This document shows, piece after piece, positions 10,268 to 22,584 of a DNA stretch of 64,000 nucleotides. The notes beneath the pieces are model-generated. The model saw only the letters and a program-made list of their open reading frames with translations. It was not told where the DNA came from and did no database searches. The translations under genes and the position numbers were made by a program. Numbering within the stretch: position 1 is the first letter of the stretch; every line of letters begins with the position of its first letter. The stretch comes from Calcarisporiella thermophila CBS 279.70 (Eukaryota; Fungi; Calcarisporiellomycota), in NCBI RefSeq assembly GCF_041956535.1, contig NW_027192205.1, forward strand, positions 665,936 to 729,935, written 5' to 3'.

Positions 10268-13043
10268 TTAGTTTATACTCTCACTAAAACTTATAGGCAT
10301 CCATACTGCGTTCAGAACATTCAAAATTCTCTCAACCCTCTCTTTTAATTTATTGTTATTACATTCTAACTCCATCTTCCTGAAATCAATCCTAGCCTCT
10401 ATGTCTTCCAAGCCTACAATCGCCATATATTCTTGGGAAAATTCCACTCGATCAAAATGATTTCCACAGAGTTTAATGAAACAATGCATGCGTGCTCCAG
10501 CTGATTTCTCAGTTTCAAATACACCCTCGCTCTTTGTGCTGAACCGAGATTTGGCTAATTTTGGAGGCGTCGAGAACTGTTCTAAAAACCAAGTGTCAAG
10601 CTGTCCCTGGTGTTCGTTCAACGATAATACAAGTGCCACTATCGAATCCCCAACCACATCTCCTAATGCCCCGCTGGCCCAAGATATTTCGACTTCCCCC
10701 ATGCTAGATTTTCTTAAATTGACTTGATCCATGATACGAATAATTTTCCCGTCAGAGTCTGTGGGTTCTGAATAAACATCATCTACTACCGTCCCTGCTC
10801 CGAAGGTAGCGCGCATCATTTCTACCAATACACTCCAATCGCATGGGATTTTGAGAGTTAGCCGATGAGCAATCTGTGTACTTGGAATATTAAACTGCTG
10901 CAATTCCTCGTGGGATGTGAGATAGAGGTCCCCACGGGATACGAGGATCCCATTCACCAGTTGATTCTCCTGCAAACTTCCCTCATACCAATTGTTTGTC
11001 GTCTTTACCATCTTCCTCTCATATTGCCCAGTATAGAATCTTACACACTCTCCATTTCCAGGTGCTCCTATCTGAACATTCTTCCCTAAGGTTTCCTTAA
11101 GTCTATTTTTGAAACGCTCTATTCTATTCGCTTCTCCATGGACAAGCACCACACAGCGTGCTTGAGTGTGTTGAATTAGAGAAAGATTTTGAGGGAAATC
11201 GACATGCTCCAAGAAGGAAACAGTATATACAGAACACCGGAGTGGGATTTGGTGGTGACCTTTTAGAGATTGAAAACTCGAGGGTGTGTCAAGGATATCC
11301 TGTAAGAAAAAACAACATATAATCCCAGTGTGAGAACTATGGTATATTAATGATTAAAAAAGACAGCTCACCCGCGCCAATGTGCCTTTTACACAAAACC
11401 CAGTAATGATGACCCCATTATTTGGATCGGAAGCCCATGCTTCAAAGATCTCGCGAGATATGCCATTCTATATAAATATCAATGAATATAATAATAACCG
11501 TTATACTCCAGCAATGATCCACCACTGGGCATTGGGTTACCTGCAGCATTGCCGGACTCGCAATTACGACGCAAGGTTCATTTGAAATTTCCTCCAACTT
11601 CCTCACCTCGAGAACGTTGGGAAGAGAGAGAAACTCCTTGCCTCGTGTCAGTTTCTTGGGGTCGACATAAGCTTCATAAAGTGTCTTCACGTAGCGCCCC
11701 ATTGGACATGCATAGTAAATACGGGTATTAGTAAATTTGGGATGTGTGGCAACAAGATAAAGGAGATCTTGCGCCTGCCCAAGAGAGGTCGCAGGAATTA
11801 GACAATTCCCACCACGTTGAATAAGATTCTCTACCAACTCTAAGAAAATTTGTTGCCATGTATTTAGCATTATTTATTCTGTTGCTTAACCGAGGATATA
11901 TTTACCAATAAATCGATACTCTGTTTCAACACGCGGATCGTGTGTCCGCACTCCAAAAGTTGATTCAGTAATTATTACATCAATGCGTTCGTTTGGAAAT
12001 TCTGCAGCCGCAAGAAATCGCCCCTCCTCACAGGAAAAATCTCCAGTGTAAAGAACCTAACCCCATACCGAGACTTACATGTTAACAGCTGAATAGCAAT
12101 CAGGTATATCAAAGTGCATTACCTTTACACCCTCAATCTCAACCAGAAACATCGCGGCGCCCAGCGCATGACCAGCATCCATAGCTTGGATACGAACACT
12201 CCCTATTTCATAATGCTCTCTGTATCTAATCGTCTCGATGCGATCGAAGCTGGAACTGACCTCTTGCATAGTAAAAAGTGTTGCTTCATTAGATACTGCA
12301 CTATTATTTAGAAATTTCGTTAAGTCAGACTACCAGAAATGTATTAAAAATAAAGGAGAGTACATACGAGATGCGCAAGTAATCGGCGAGGATAGTTTTG
12401 TAGAGCGATTTAGTTGGAGGAGTCATGAATACTCTCCCTTTGAAATCCGACTAGAAACGTTAAAGAGAGAGGAGAGAGGTTAAAACAAGCTGTAGGCGGC
12501 CGTATAGAATATAATCAATGTATATTACCTTCTCGGTCAGGAATGGCAATGACCCAATATGATCCAGATGAAAACTACAAAGATAAGATTCATATTAAGA
12601 TAGTACCTTAAATCAAATTCATAAAGATAATATTTTACTGGCTTATAAGGATAAGATCAACATTTACTAAATTGACATTGTCGTAGTAAGGTAAAGCATC
12701 CACACCACTCTGGGCAGGGTGTAAACCAGCATCAAGCTTGAGATGATCATGGGCAAGATTAAAGAAAAAAAAAAGAGAATTAGATTTGGCTGAGATAATT
12801 CACGTTTTGCAGCAAGGCATTAGAGAAGTGAAAGATAGAATTCAAATGGGAAAACACCACTTTATTTATTATATATAGACTACAGCCTTTCATAAAGAGG
12901 ATATTTTGAAAATGATTCATCAAATACTTTACCATGATCGTTTTTCCTGCGTATTCCACAAGAATACATGAGCGACCTACTTCTCTTCCGGCACCTAATG
13001 GAGTTATCTTTAGTTCTTGGGGATTTTCGATTGTACACTTCAT
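10268..13043 (-). CDS. CPSF73/Ysh1-like metallo-beta-lactamase/beta-CASP endonuclease (divergent, multi-exon)
   Basis: [16 protein letters not shown], spliced [42 protein letters not shown], plus a CPSF73-100 C-terminal-like W...DVVGDS. The start codon is approximate. Confidence 0.85.
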
Positions 13044-13443
13044 TATTGATGAAATACAAGGAAGAACAATTGTGTAATTGAATGCTGAATAATAAATAGC
13101 CTTGAGCAAAGGTGTGTTTCACTTATAAATCCAATGAGAAATACGCTGCCGAAACCATAAGCTATCAGACGTCTGAAAACATACAATTTGGCGAGATATT
13201 CACTTTGTGATCCATATTTAATCATCATCAGACAGCTTTGTAGAGTTGAGTAGTCTGCATCCCATCAGAAGGCTTTGAAAAATTCACCGTAATAAACTAT
13301 GGTTAAGATCCTACTCTGTACAGTTTATTAACATGAGAGTATTTTGGACTCGAGGCAGAATGAAAATATGACAATAAAAAAGGGAACATTGAGGAAAATA
13401 TAACCAAAAATAATGAAAATATATAAAAGAAATTCTACCCAGG

Positions 13444-14598
13444 TCAACTCTTGTCAGAAATTTCGAAAACTTCATCACCGCCATCTGCATCCTCATAAGA
13501 ATGGCCACTTCTAATTCGATATTGGTTGCGGCATGTCAAGTTTAGAACTCCCTGATCTTCAAAACACCGCTCAAGCGCAGTGCATTCTATAGAAATAATC
13601 AACTTAGTTAAAACGGGCCGGAAATACACTTACAAAAACGAAGTTAAAGTTTAAAAACATCCAAGTACATGTTATGCAACTATAAGGCTATAAGTTATAA
13701 GCACCTACCATATACTCCTGGATATTGGGCAGCAGGATACACAGTAAACTCATCAGAAATGGCTTCAGCAAGCACAGGAGAATTCTCCATGTCCACAATT
13801 CCACTCCTTAAAATCATACTGGCACCATGACTATTGTGTTCTACTGCCACAATATTTTGAAGTTGCTTACCTCAGATCGAAAAATCTGAATTTGAGACGA
13901 AAAGTACCCTCGGTTCGTACGCAGAGGTCCTGAAATATGAAAAAAATCCCAGGCTTATTGTCGAGATCGCGGAGACATAAGCCTGCCGTGACGTTAGAGC
14001 CCAAGAGATTGCGCGACAATGTGTACGGTTTTGTTTTGGAGGACTCGCGTTCGTCCGTGGCCATATCGTTCACCGCAGCATTATTGGGTAGATTCACTAC
14101 TAAATTCCGATGCATCTTCATGTTCGTTGACCATAAGTCGCACGTGGAAACGTAAAAAGCCATATTAACTTGACTATTTTATTAATAATGAAGTTATAAC
14201 TAAATCTTGCTGCGTCAAGAATTGGGAAGAAGAGAACAAGCATGGGGTGTGAACTGAAGATGGTTTAGACTTAAATGGCTACTAACCTGATGTCGACAGA
14301 TTTTCCGTCAGAATCATAGACAACAAGTCGCAATATTGGAGGTGGAGTTATTGGACAGCTACCCTAAAGTTGGAGAAAGAGAGGAGTAAGTGAATGTAAC
14401 GCAAAAATAAATAAATAAATTAGCATACGGAGAACGAAAATAGAAACGAATCTACACGAGCAGAAAACTCAAATAAAAATGCATGTGAAGACGATGACAG
14501 AATGGAAATTCAGCTGCACTTACGTTGCTGTCAAAACCGCACATTAGACCACACGAAGGTTGCTGGGCAACTAACAGCTCGTAGTCATAGCCAGCCAT
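13444..14598 (-). CDS. Velvet-domain protein (VelB-like, atypical N-terminal loop)
   Basis: Spliced YELLVAQQP...CGF...PITPPPILRL, RNLLGS, FFIFQDLCVRTEGTFRLKF, SDEFTVY....YPGV.ECTALERCFEDQG; 5 exons. Confidence 0.9.
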
Positions 14599-15584
14599 TG
14601 AATTCAAATTAGAGAATTGTCAAATACAGTTGAAAATAAGTGGGGTTAACTGATTGCTAGGGATCTTGCCATAGTAAAGCAACACCGACATTACTTTGAG
14701 CAGAAAGGCCCTGACGTCGTTTTATAAATTTAGTTATTTTATTAAATCAATTTTCCATGACATTCGGGAGCACAAGATTTGCCATTATTGGAGATCTTCT
14801 CAATGGACGAGGATAGAACATTGTCTATATTCCAAGCCAAATTTCGCTAACAATTCATGTGCACAACATTCTACATTGTTCTAGATAATCTGAAACACAA
14901 AACTACATGAAAGGAATACAATTTCTATCAATTTCCATCCGCCATTACGCCGGTGTGCGGAAGTGAGAAATGAAGCTAAACCGTCTATTAGTGCTTACCA
15001 TTCTAATAAAAGGATAGCGCCATTAAGAGATATTCATCCTTCTTTATTTCTCTTTACTCATATGGCGAACGTGATAAGCTTAATATGCTTGAGCGAACAC
15101 GGGCCGTGGCGATGTTGTCATTCTGTACTTTCTTTTGTAAAAATATAAGCACAATAACACCCTGCTCAACCAGTCTCTTTAAGATCTAGCGCCAGTTCAT
15201 ACTTCCAATGAGCTCTTGACGTCATCTAGCCTGGATCTCTGCATCCTTTTGAAGAGCCTAGTCCAATTTCAGGATTTTAGCAGCCAGTATTGAATTCAAA
15301 ACAGCCCAAAAAGCAGATCGATTATGAAGCAGTTCAACTTTTTGCAATGAAAGAGAAGCAAACCCAATTTATTGAGTCCGAGATCCTAATGATTGGGGAA
15401 GGCCCTGTACTCGTTTCAAAGCAGGGAGAAAGCAAAGCATTATTCCAATATTTATTTGGGTTTAAGATGGGCAAAATGGAATTATACAATGAACTCGAGC
15501 TTAGGTTAGCTTAGGTTAAAAGCTGAATTCTTCATAAACGAGATATCGTGAGAACGCTTTTTGACACGATTCATCTATCGAAAA

Positions 15585-16260
15585 ATGCTCCGCACCTTAT
15601 CTTCTCGCATCGTGAGTTCCTGGGCTCCGCAATACTCTAGGGTCGTTCGCGCCGCACCTCATGCAACATTCTTCCGTGGCTATGCCGGTTGGCTCTTTAA
15701 TTGATTGAACTTCAAACCTGCCGCTATAATTTTCCTTTTTTCGCATGCAGTAAAGAAATACACCAAAGACCATGAGTGGATCACTATTGAGGATAATGTT
15801 GGCACCATTGGAATAACTGATTACGCCCAAAAGGCGTTGGGCGATGTAGTATTTGTAGAAGTCCCGGAAGTTGGAACTTCTTTCGAAAGAGAAAGTAGAT
15901 AACCTTGTATATTGGGGTTGTTGTCGACCAAAGAATTTTACTCAAGTTTTGTGAATGATTGTTATATCCACAGGCCAAATCGGAGCCATCGAATCTGTCA
16001 AGGCCGCAAGTGATATCTTTGCCCCGGTGAGTGGCGAAGTTATCGAAGTTAATGAGGCATTGGCGACGGAGCCCAACCTTGTGAACAGGAGCCCAGAGCA
16101 AGACGGTGAGGATGCTATGCATAATTTTTTCATTTATTTTCGTTCATTATTGAATATATCCCAATGAATAGGTTGGCTCGCAAAGGTTAAAATGACAAAC
16201 TCTGAGGAAATCGACGAGTTGCTTGATGAGAATGAATATCGTCAACTGTGCGAGGAGTAA
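15585..16260 (+). CDS. GCV3: Glycine cleavage system H protein, mitochondrial
   Basis: Arg/Ser-rich presequence; [24 protein letters not shown], lipoyl-Lys motif IESVKAASD; 3 introns. Confidence 0.96.
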
Positions 16261-16621
16261 AGCACTTTTCTCTAGGGTCGTTATGATTATAGAGAAATAT
16301 ATGGAGCTTCTTTTGTATTTATACCTATTCATTGGTATTTTTAACCTTCAACAATGGCAACAACAACTAGGTATATTTGTTTCTCCTAGGTTATATTAGA
16401 CTATTTTGACTTTATGACAAGCGTTCACTTTGGTCATTCGTATCCCCAGTTGGGTCTTCTTAGTTACCCCAAGCAATTTGCAAATTTGGATAGAGGATTC
16501 CAATTAGAAGTCTTCGAGCTTTAAAGAACTCCTGCTGCGCCGCAAAATCAACAAATAGAAATAACGTGTCAACACTGGAAAATTTTTTTGTTTATGATTC
16601 TCCTAGCTTCTTCTATTATTA

Positions 16622-17345
16622 ATGGGTGCACCAACATCCTCCTCGCTTGCCTCTAAGTCGCTACCGCCTCACAGTTCACTTGGTGACATCACACCAAATA
16701 ATATCGGGCAGCTGCGTAAGCTGAATACGGTACTCTTCCCTGTTAAATATGATGAAAAATTCTACAAGGAGGTGTTAGAGGTTGGAGATTTTGCAAAGCT
16801 TGGTAAGTGATGCAATTCGAGATGATTGTGATGAGAGGGGGGGGGGGTTAAAAAGTGAAAGGGGAGGGGAGATGGTGATGAAATTGTTTGAAAATATAGC
16901 TCTAGAATTACCTTGAGCATTATTGCATTGATATGAAATCAAACATTCTGAATATGAAGTTTGACCTTTAGAATGAATATTTTTCGATGACACACTTGTT
17001 AATGGTACTTGCTATTTTTTGTTAGCCTACTACTATGACGTGTGTGTGGGCGCCATCTGTTGCCGAAAAGAATTAACCCACTCTCCCCCACGACTCTACA
17101 TAATGACCATTGGTGTTCTTGCACCCTACCGTAATCTCGGCATCGGCTCTGCTCTCCTTTCTTACGTCATCGAGCGTGCGCGGGCCGCCCATTACTCCGA
17201 GATCTATCTTCATCTCCAGGTATCCAACGAGGAAGCGCTTTCACTTTATACTCGGCACGGATTTGAAGTCCGGGAGTTGGTGAAGAACTATTATAAGCGG
17301 ATCGAGCCTGCCGATGCTCATCTGCTAGCATTAAAGCTTGAATAA
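16622..17345 (+). CDS. NAA50: N-alpha-acetyltransferase 50 (NatE/San-like GNAT)
   Basis: LGDITPNNIGQLRKLNTVLFPVKY, VGAICCR, LYIMTIGVLAPYRNLGIG, NYYKRIEPADA; intron 16803-17025. Confidence 0.93.
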
Positions 17346-18728
17346 TAAGTTCACTGCTACACTGTTATTCTTCATGTATAAATTCTCCTTGCATGTATAT
17401 AATATCTCTTTATATTATTAACTCTTAGAGAAGAGAGTGTGTGAGACAATAGAAATATATGCTTTCTGCACGGGTTTAGAGAGGAAAAACAAACATTGGA
17501 TGTCCATACTCGAGCCATGGATCTGTAGCTATATTGCTTTGGAGTGAAATTGCACTTTTGTGGAAGGGACGAGGTGCGCAGAAGGAAAATAATTCCGATT
17601 ATCCGGATAATTTGGGCAAAATATTGAACCGAACTTTAAACGAGAGGGGATAAGATTCCCAGGCTACTTATGCACAAATGTATACCTGATTTCAACAGAG
17701 GCAATTAAAAGAAAACATAATCTCCCTGCACAGATATCTCTTTTGATCCAAGGATAAGGGAAGTTGGGCGATAAAGCATGCAATGTAAGTTAGATCGAGA
17801 TTCGGCCACTGTAATACCGGAGGATCAACTTCAAAACCTCCTGTGGGGACGGCACTGAGTCAATGCAATCTTAGCACTTCACACGCTAATGGAAGACTTC
17901 CTCTGGGTAATTCGCACTTTACATTGTTCTCAGGAGATTTCAATAATATTTGACCGATACGTTTAGCAAAATAGAGTGTGTTTTTGATATTTCACGTGAC
18001 CTCTTCTGGGGTAAACCTTACCACTCTCTTTTATGAAGCCATGGTTATCGAACTTGACTCAAAGAAACTACCCTATAAATATATAAGAGTCATGGAGTTA
18101 GTCATTTGTTAGTTTGAATTGAGCTGATCTGATTGACTTGGATGACCATTACCGGAAATTGGCCGAATTTCAGCTAATATCAGCTGGAGAGATGGGGGTG
18201 GAACAAGTGAGAGATTCAATTGGATGGGTAAATGAAAGAAAACAGGCATGCAAATATCTGTAGATATCAATTTTGCCTGACCATCAAGCAGGATGGAAAA
18301 AAAGGGGACAGATTTTCTAGGTCATATCTCTGCATCCGTGCGATTTACGAGGAACAGGCGACTTAGGAGATCGTCGGGATTATTGGAGAAAATGAAAACC
18401 ACACGTGAGAGGAACAGGGCGCGAATGCAGGATGAAGCCGAAGATCCCTGCCTCTAATGCAGAAACCACAAGCTCATCATCTATCCGATTGCTGGCAGAA
18501 ATCATTATGGCATAGCCAATACTTAGTGCCAATTCGAAAATCTGTCCATCCAGCTCCCTCTGAAGAGGAACTAGCTCACATAAGCATAGAGTGGGAGAAA
18601 AAAAAGGCATTAATGGGGTATAAATATATCCCGCCCGTGCTTTGGAGGCAGAAGAAGGGAAAAAATTAAGAAAAAAAAATAAGTTTATAACTATGCTACG
18701 AATACGTCAAAGTTTTCAGAGATTAAGT

Positions 18729-19232
18729 ATGTTGTCTTCCTACACCCTCATCCTCCTTCTCCTAATCATCTCCTCTTGCACCACTGCATCCCCACTCTCT
18801 CCCCGACAGACATTGACAAGACATAAATCTTGTAAAAATGTATTACTTCATCTTTCTGTCTATCGCTCACCCAACTATCAGGACTGGGTAGACACGTACT
18901 ACTCCCTGGCTCAGAATGAGTGCTCGAATTTTCAGAATATGTTTACAAGGATTCAGTCCTACACGACAGTGAAGGACCTTCGCGTTAGGTTCTATTCGAG
19001 GTGGGACTGTTCGGGTAGAGAGGTGTATGAAAATGTGGGAAGCGTTGAGTCACTGAACATCACGGCAGCATCGTTTCGTGTTAATTGTAAGCAGGGAATT
19101 AGAGAAGAGGAGGAGGGGGAGGAGAATCAGCAGCAGCTGCAACTACAGCAGCAACAAGAGCCAGAAGAGGAGGCGGAGGAGGGAGAGGAGGAGGAGGAGA
19201 GAGAGGGGGAGGATACGAAGAAAGAAAAGTAG
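18729..19232 (+). CDS. Putative secreted protein with small Cys-containing domain and poly-Glu/Gln tail
   Basis: Hydrophobic signal ILLLLIISSCTTA-SPL; TATA-like TATAAATA near 18619; GAG/CAG-rich repeat tail. An alternative in-frame ATG lies at 18693. Confidence 0.65.
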   Translation: MLSSYTLILLLLIISSCTTASPLSPRQTLTRHKSCKNVLLHLSVYRSPNYQDWVDTYYSLAQNECSNFQNMFTRIQSYTTVKDLRVRFYSRWDCSGREVYENVGSVESLNITAASFRVNCKQGIREEEEGEENQQQLQLQQQQEPEEEAEEGEEEEEREGEDTKKEK

Positions 19233-20829
19233 CACTTTATTGTATTCTTGTACATTGCATATTCTCTCTTGATATTTGCGAAAACACCATAGCACTATAT
19301 AAGCTGTATCGCCAATGGCACCTCAATTAATCCCTAGCTTGTGTTTGTCGGCTTTGTGTTTTTCTTCTCTCGTTGGAATACTGTACCATACTCTTTTTTG
19401 TGGTGTATCATGGAATAAATTGCTGATCAATGATTACAGGCCATGGATCACATGTCCGCTTTCAGGTGTGAAGGGTATGTAGGCGGCGGCATAAGTCCTT
19501 TACCAAATGCGTTTTTCGGAGCTGGCCATTTATCCTACTATTTTGTTAATGTACACCTCTTCACATCACTTTTGAAACTGCAACAGCTAGGGCTAAAGGG
19601 AGAGTAAGAAGAGAGTTGATAGGAATATACGCAACTATCTGATTAAATCTAGCATTAGCCCTGGAAAGCCAAAGGGGCAATTGAATGCTCCTTTAAAGTA
19701 ACTACAGGATTTACAAATGCATTTTCACCATATTATTTATCCTGGCGCTTTCATCATGAACAATTTTGGAATCCATTATCTGATTAAACGGAAAAGGATT
19801 TTTTTTTGTTTAGGAGTGCGAGAGCTAGATCAAGGTGCATTTCGGACATATGAGAAGCCAAGAAGAGGATAGTGTTAATTGAAATGGAAGAGTGAACGGT
19901 TTGACCTATGGTAGAGGCTGCGAGGTTCACTTGAGCCATGCGGCTCTTGAACCCTTCAGTAAGACTTGGCAAGCATAAGAATCGTATTTCCTGTTTGCCA
20001 CCCAGGTTGGCGGCCGTTCTACTAGCGCCGAGGACATGCGCTTCCTAATTGTGGTGGGTACAGTGTTTATTTGCGTTAACCTTGCTGTATGTCCTACGGA
20101 ACACGGTGCTCTTGTGAGAGCAGATGAAGCTTGGGGAATCTTCTTTAGAGTTAACTCCAAGTGATTTACATCGATTCTAGTCTCAATCCTTCGTCTCTAG
20201 CTCATGTAGAATAAAAGGATCAAGATGCCACTCCTCTATTTCTCTTCCTTTATGCGGATAAACATAAACCCTTAAATGCGATCGCGATGCAAACGATGAA
20301 TCAATATGATCTTGAGTGTTTTTATTTTATCAAAAACATATTTGCCAATTAAAGAGATTGCTGCTCAAATCCTTGGAGGCGTGAACTGGAGGGTGAGGGC
20401 ATGAGACAAAGAAGCGTATATTGGCTTGTTTTTCTACCAATAGTCTGAATGCCATTACTCTAGTCAAAGCTCCCTGAGAGTGCATTTGGATGGGGAATTA
20501 ATACACCGTGCTTATTCCAATGATTAAAATTCTTTCCCGAATTAAACCCTAAAATCAGTCCATCCAGCCCAATCCAAGCCGTCTCTCAGATCTTTCCTCG
20601 ATGGTGTGACAGGCGATAAGACAGTAAATAAATGCTGTTTTTGCATTGATATTTTTTTTCTGCTTATTAATGTAGCCGTCTATGTTTTACTAGCTTCTCT
20701 TCTCTGTTCGATACTTCATATTTATATATATATATATCCATATATCTGTTGTAGGACATTCTTTAGGTTCCGTCGGCTCTTGTAGTTTTTAGACATTTTC
20801 TTTTTTAAATCGATTATTTCATCATCGAG

Positions 20830-22112
20830 ATGCTGCCTCCGGAAAAGATTGTAGAAGTATCTGCTAATCTTCTACGCAAGGAAGCCAACGCACTTATGGA
20901 TCTTGCCAATCGAGTAGAAAGCGCGGAAATGGGTGAGAATTATAGCCGCTCTATCTACCGATTGTTTAGAGCACTTGAACGGGGAGGGAAAATTGTGGTG
21001 ACTGGAGTGGGAAAAAGCGGACGAATTGGCGAAAAGCTGGTTGCGACTCTGCAGTCGACTGGTAACTAGCAACTTATTTGAAGGAAGTTTGCAGAACAAG
21101 ACTAGATGGCTCACTTTTGTTTGAACCTGGTCATTGTTGTATTGTAGGATCTTGCGCTGTCTTTCTTCATGCTGTAGAAGCTCTTCACGGCGATTTGGGA
21201 CTGATTCATTCTCACGACGTAGTGCTTGCTCTCTCCTACTCTGGCAATACAGATGAAATTCTCCGTCTACTTCCTTCTATCAAGCTTCGCGGTGTCACCA
21301 TCGTAGGGATGGGAGGAAACAGCAATTCCCTATTGGCACGTAGCAGTGATGCGTGGATCGACACCTACGTCGAATCCGAAGCATATCCTGACATTCCTGC
21401 CCCCACTTCTTCTGCAACTGCGATGCTAGCGATGGGCCATGCCGTTGCAATGACCTTAGCCCAGCTGCGGAATTTCTCGTCTCATCATTTTGCGATGAAT
21501 CACCCTGGTGGATCGCTCGGCCGTCGACTTCTTATGCGTGTAGAGGAAATAGCACTGAAAGAGGTTGCCATGGTTGAGACAGATGCCACAATGGATATGG
21601 TGATGCGAGAATTTACACGTGTACACCGCCCGGGATGTGTGCTCGTTATGGAGACGAATCCTCGATCTCGGTCCCACTCCCCATTTCTCCCTGCACTAAT
21701 TTCGTCCACTGATTTCACGCCCCCCACTACCCCTATACCTAAAGAAGATGATGATATGACTCCGGCTGAGGTGACAACGCCCAATCGCACTCTACCCTCG
21801 GAAACGACGGGCGAGCCTGCACCGCTGGGAGCGCGGCTCGCGGGCATCATTACGATGGGGGACGTGAGACGTGCCCTTGAGGGTCGGGAAAAAATGTTTC
21901 ATTTGCGTGCCTCCGACATCATGTCCTCGGATCCGATCATTTGTAGGGTGGATGATTTGGCATGCGAGGCCAAAAAGGTAATGGAGGAGAATGGGCTGGC
22001 TAGCAAGGGCAACCCAGAGCTTAAAAAGCCCTTGCCCTGTCTACCCGTGACGGATGATAAGAACCAGCTGGTGGGAGTGGTCACCCTAAAGGATTTATTA
22101 GAACTCTTTTAA
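20830..22112 (+). CDS. KpsF/GutQ-family sugar-phosphate isomerase (SIS + CBS domains; arabinose-5-phosphate isomerase-like)
   Basis: VTGVGKSGRIGEK, FLHAVEALHGDLG, SYSGNTDE, APTSS, HPGGSLG, GIITMGDVRR; intron 21062-21147. Confidence 0.9.
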
Positions 22113-22584
22113 ATTTTCAATCTCAATATCAACCCGTGCATCCATACATCTCTTTAGTTAAATAATTGCTTGTCTTTTTTATTTCCGCTGAGGCTTGTAT
22201 TTTTTACCGTTTATTGGATATCTTTGTTGTTATTTTCCAGTGTTCTATTTACCACCTTTTTTGTTCTTTCTATTCTATTTTGATCATAGCGTTCTTCTTG
22301 TTTATCTCCATATGTATCCAATTAAATTTGGATTATGTTGCTCCACTATCTCCCGCCCGGATTTCCTCCTTTATCCTCCCTATTTCATTGTATACTCGAT
22401 TCCTTCAATATAGATTGTCAATCTCAACTTTATAAAAGTCAGCAGCTCTGCGCTTAATAAAACAGCCATATATTGGATGTTGAACAGCGAAGATAGAAAT
22501 ACAGTTACAAAGGAGGAGGGCGGGGGAAGGAAGTGTATTAGAGTTTCTTTACGTCCAAGCGAGGCGAGTAGAGAGCACATAAAC

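Noticed and set aside
19784-20160. Two short minus-strand ORFs in a moderately GC-rich spacer
   Set aside because: No motifs and no convincing splice structure or start context.
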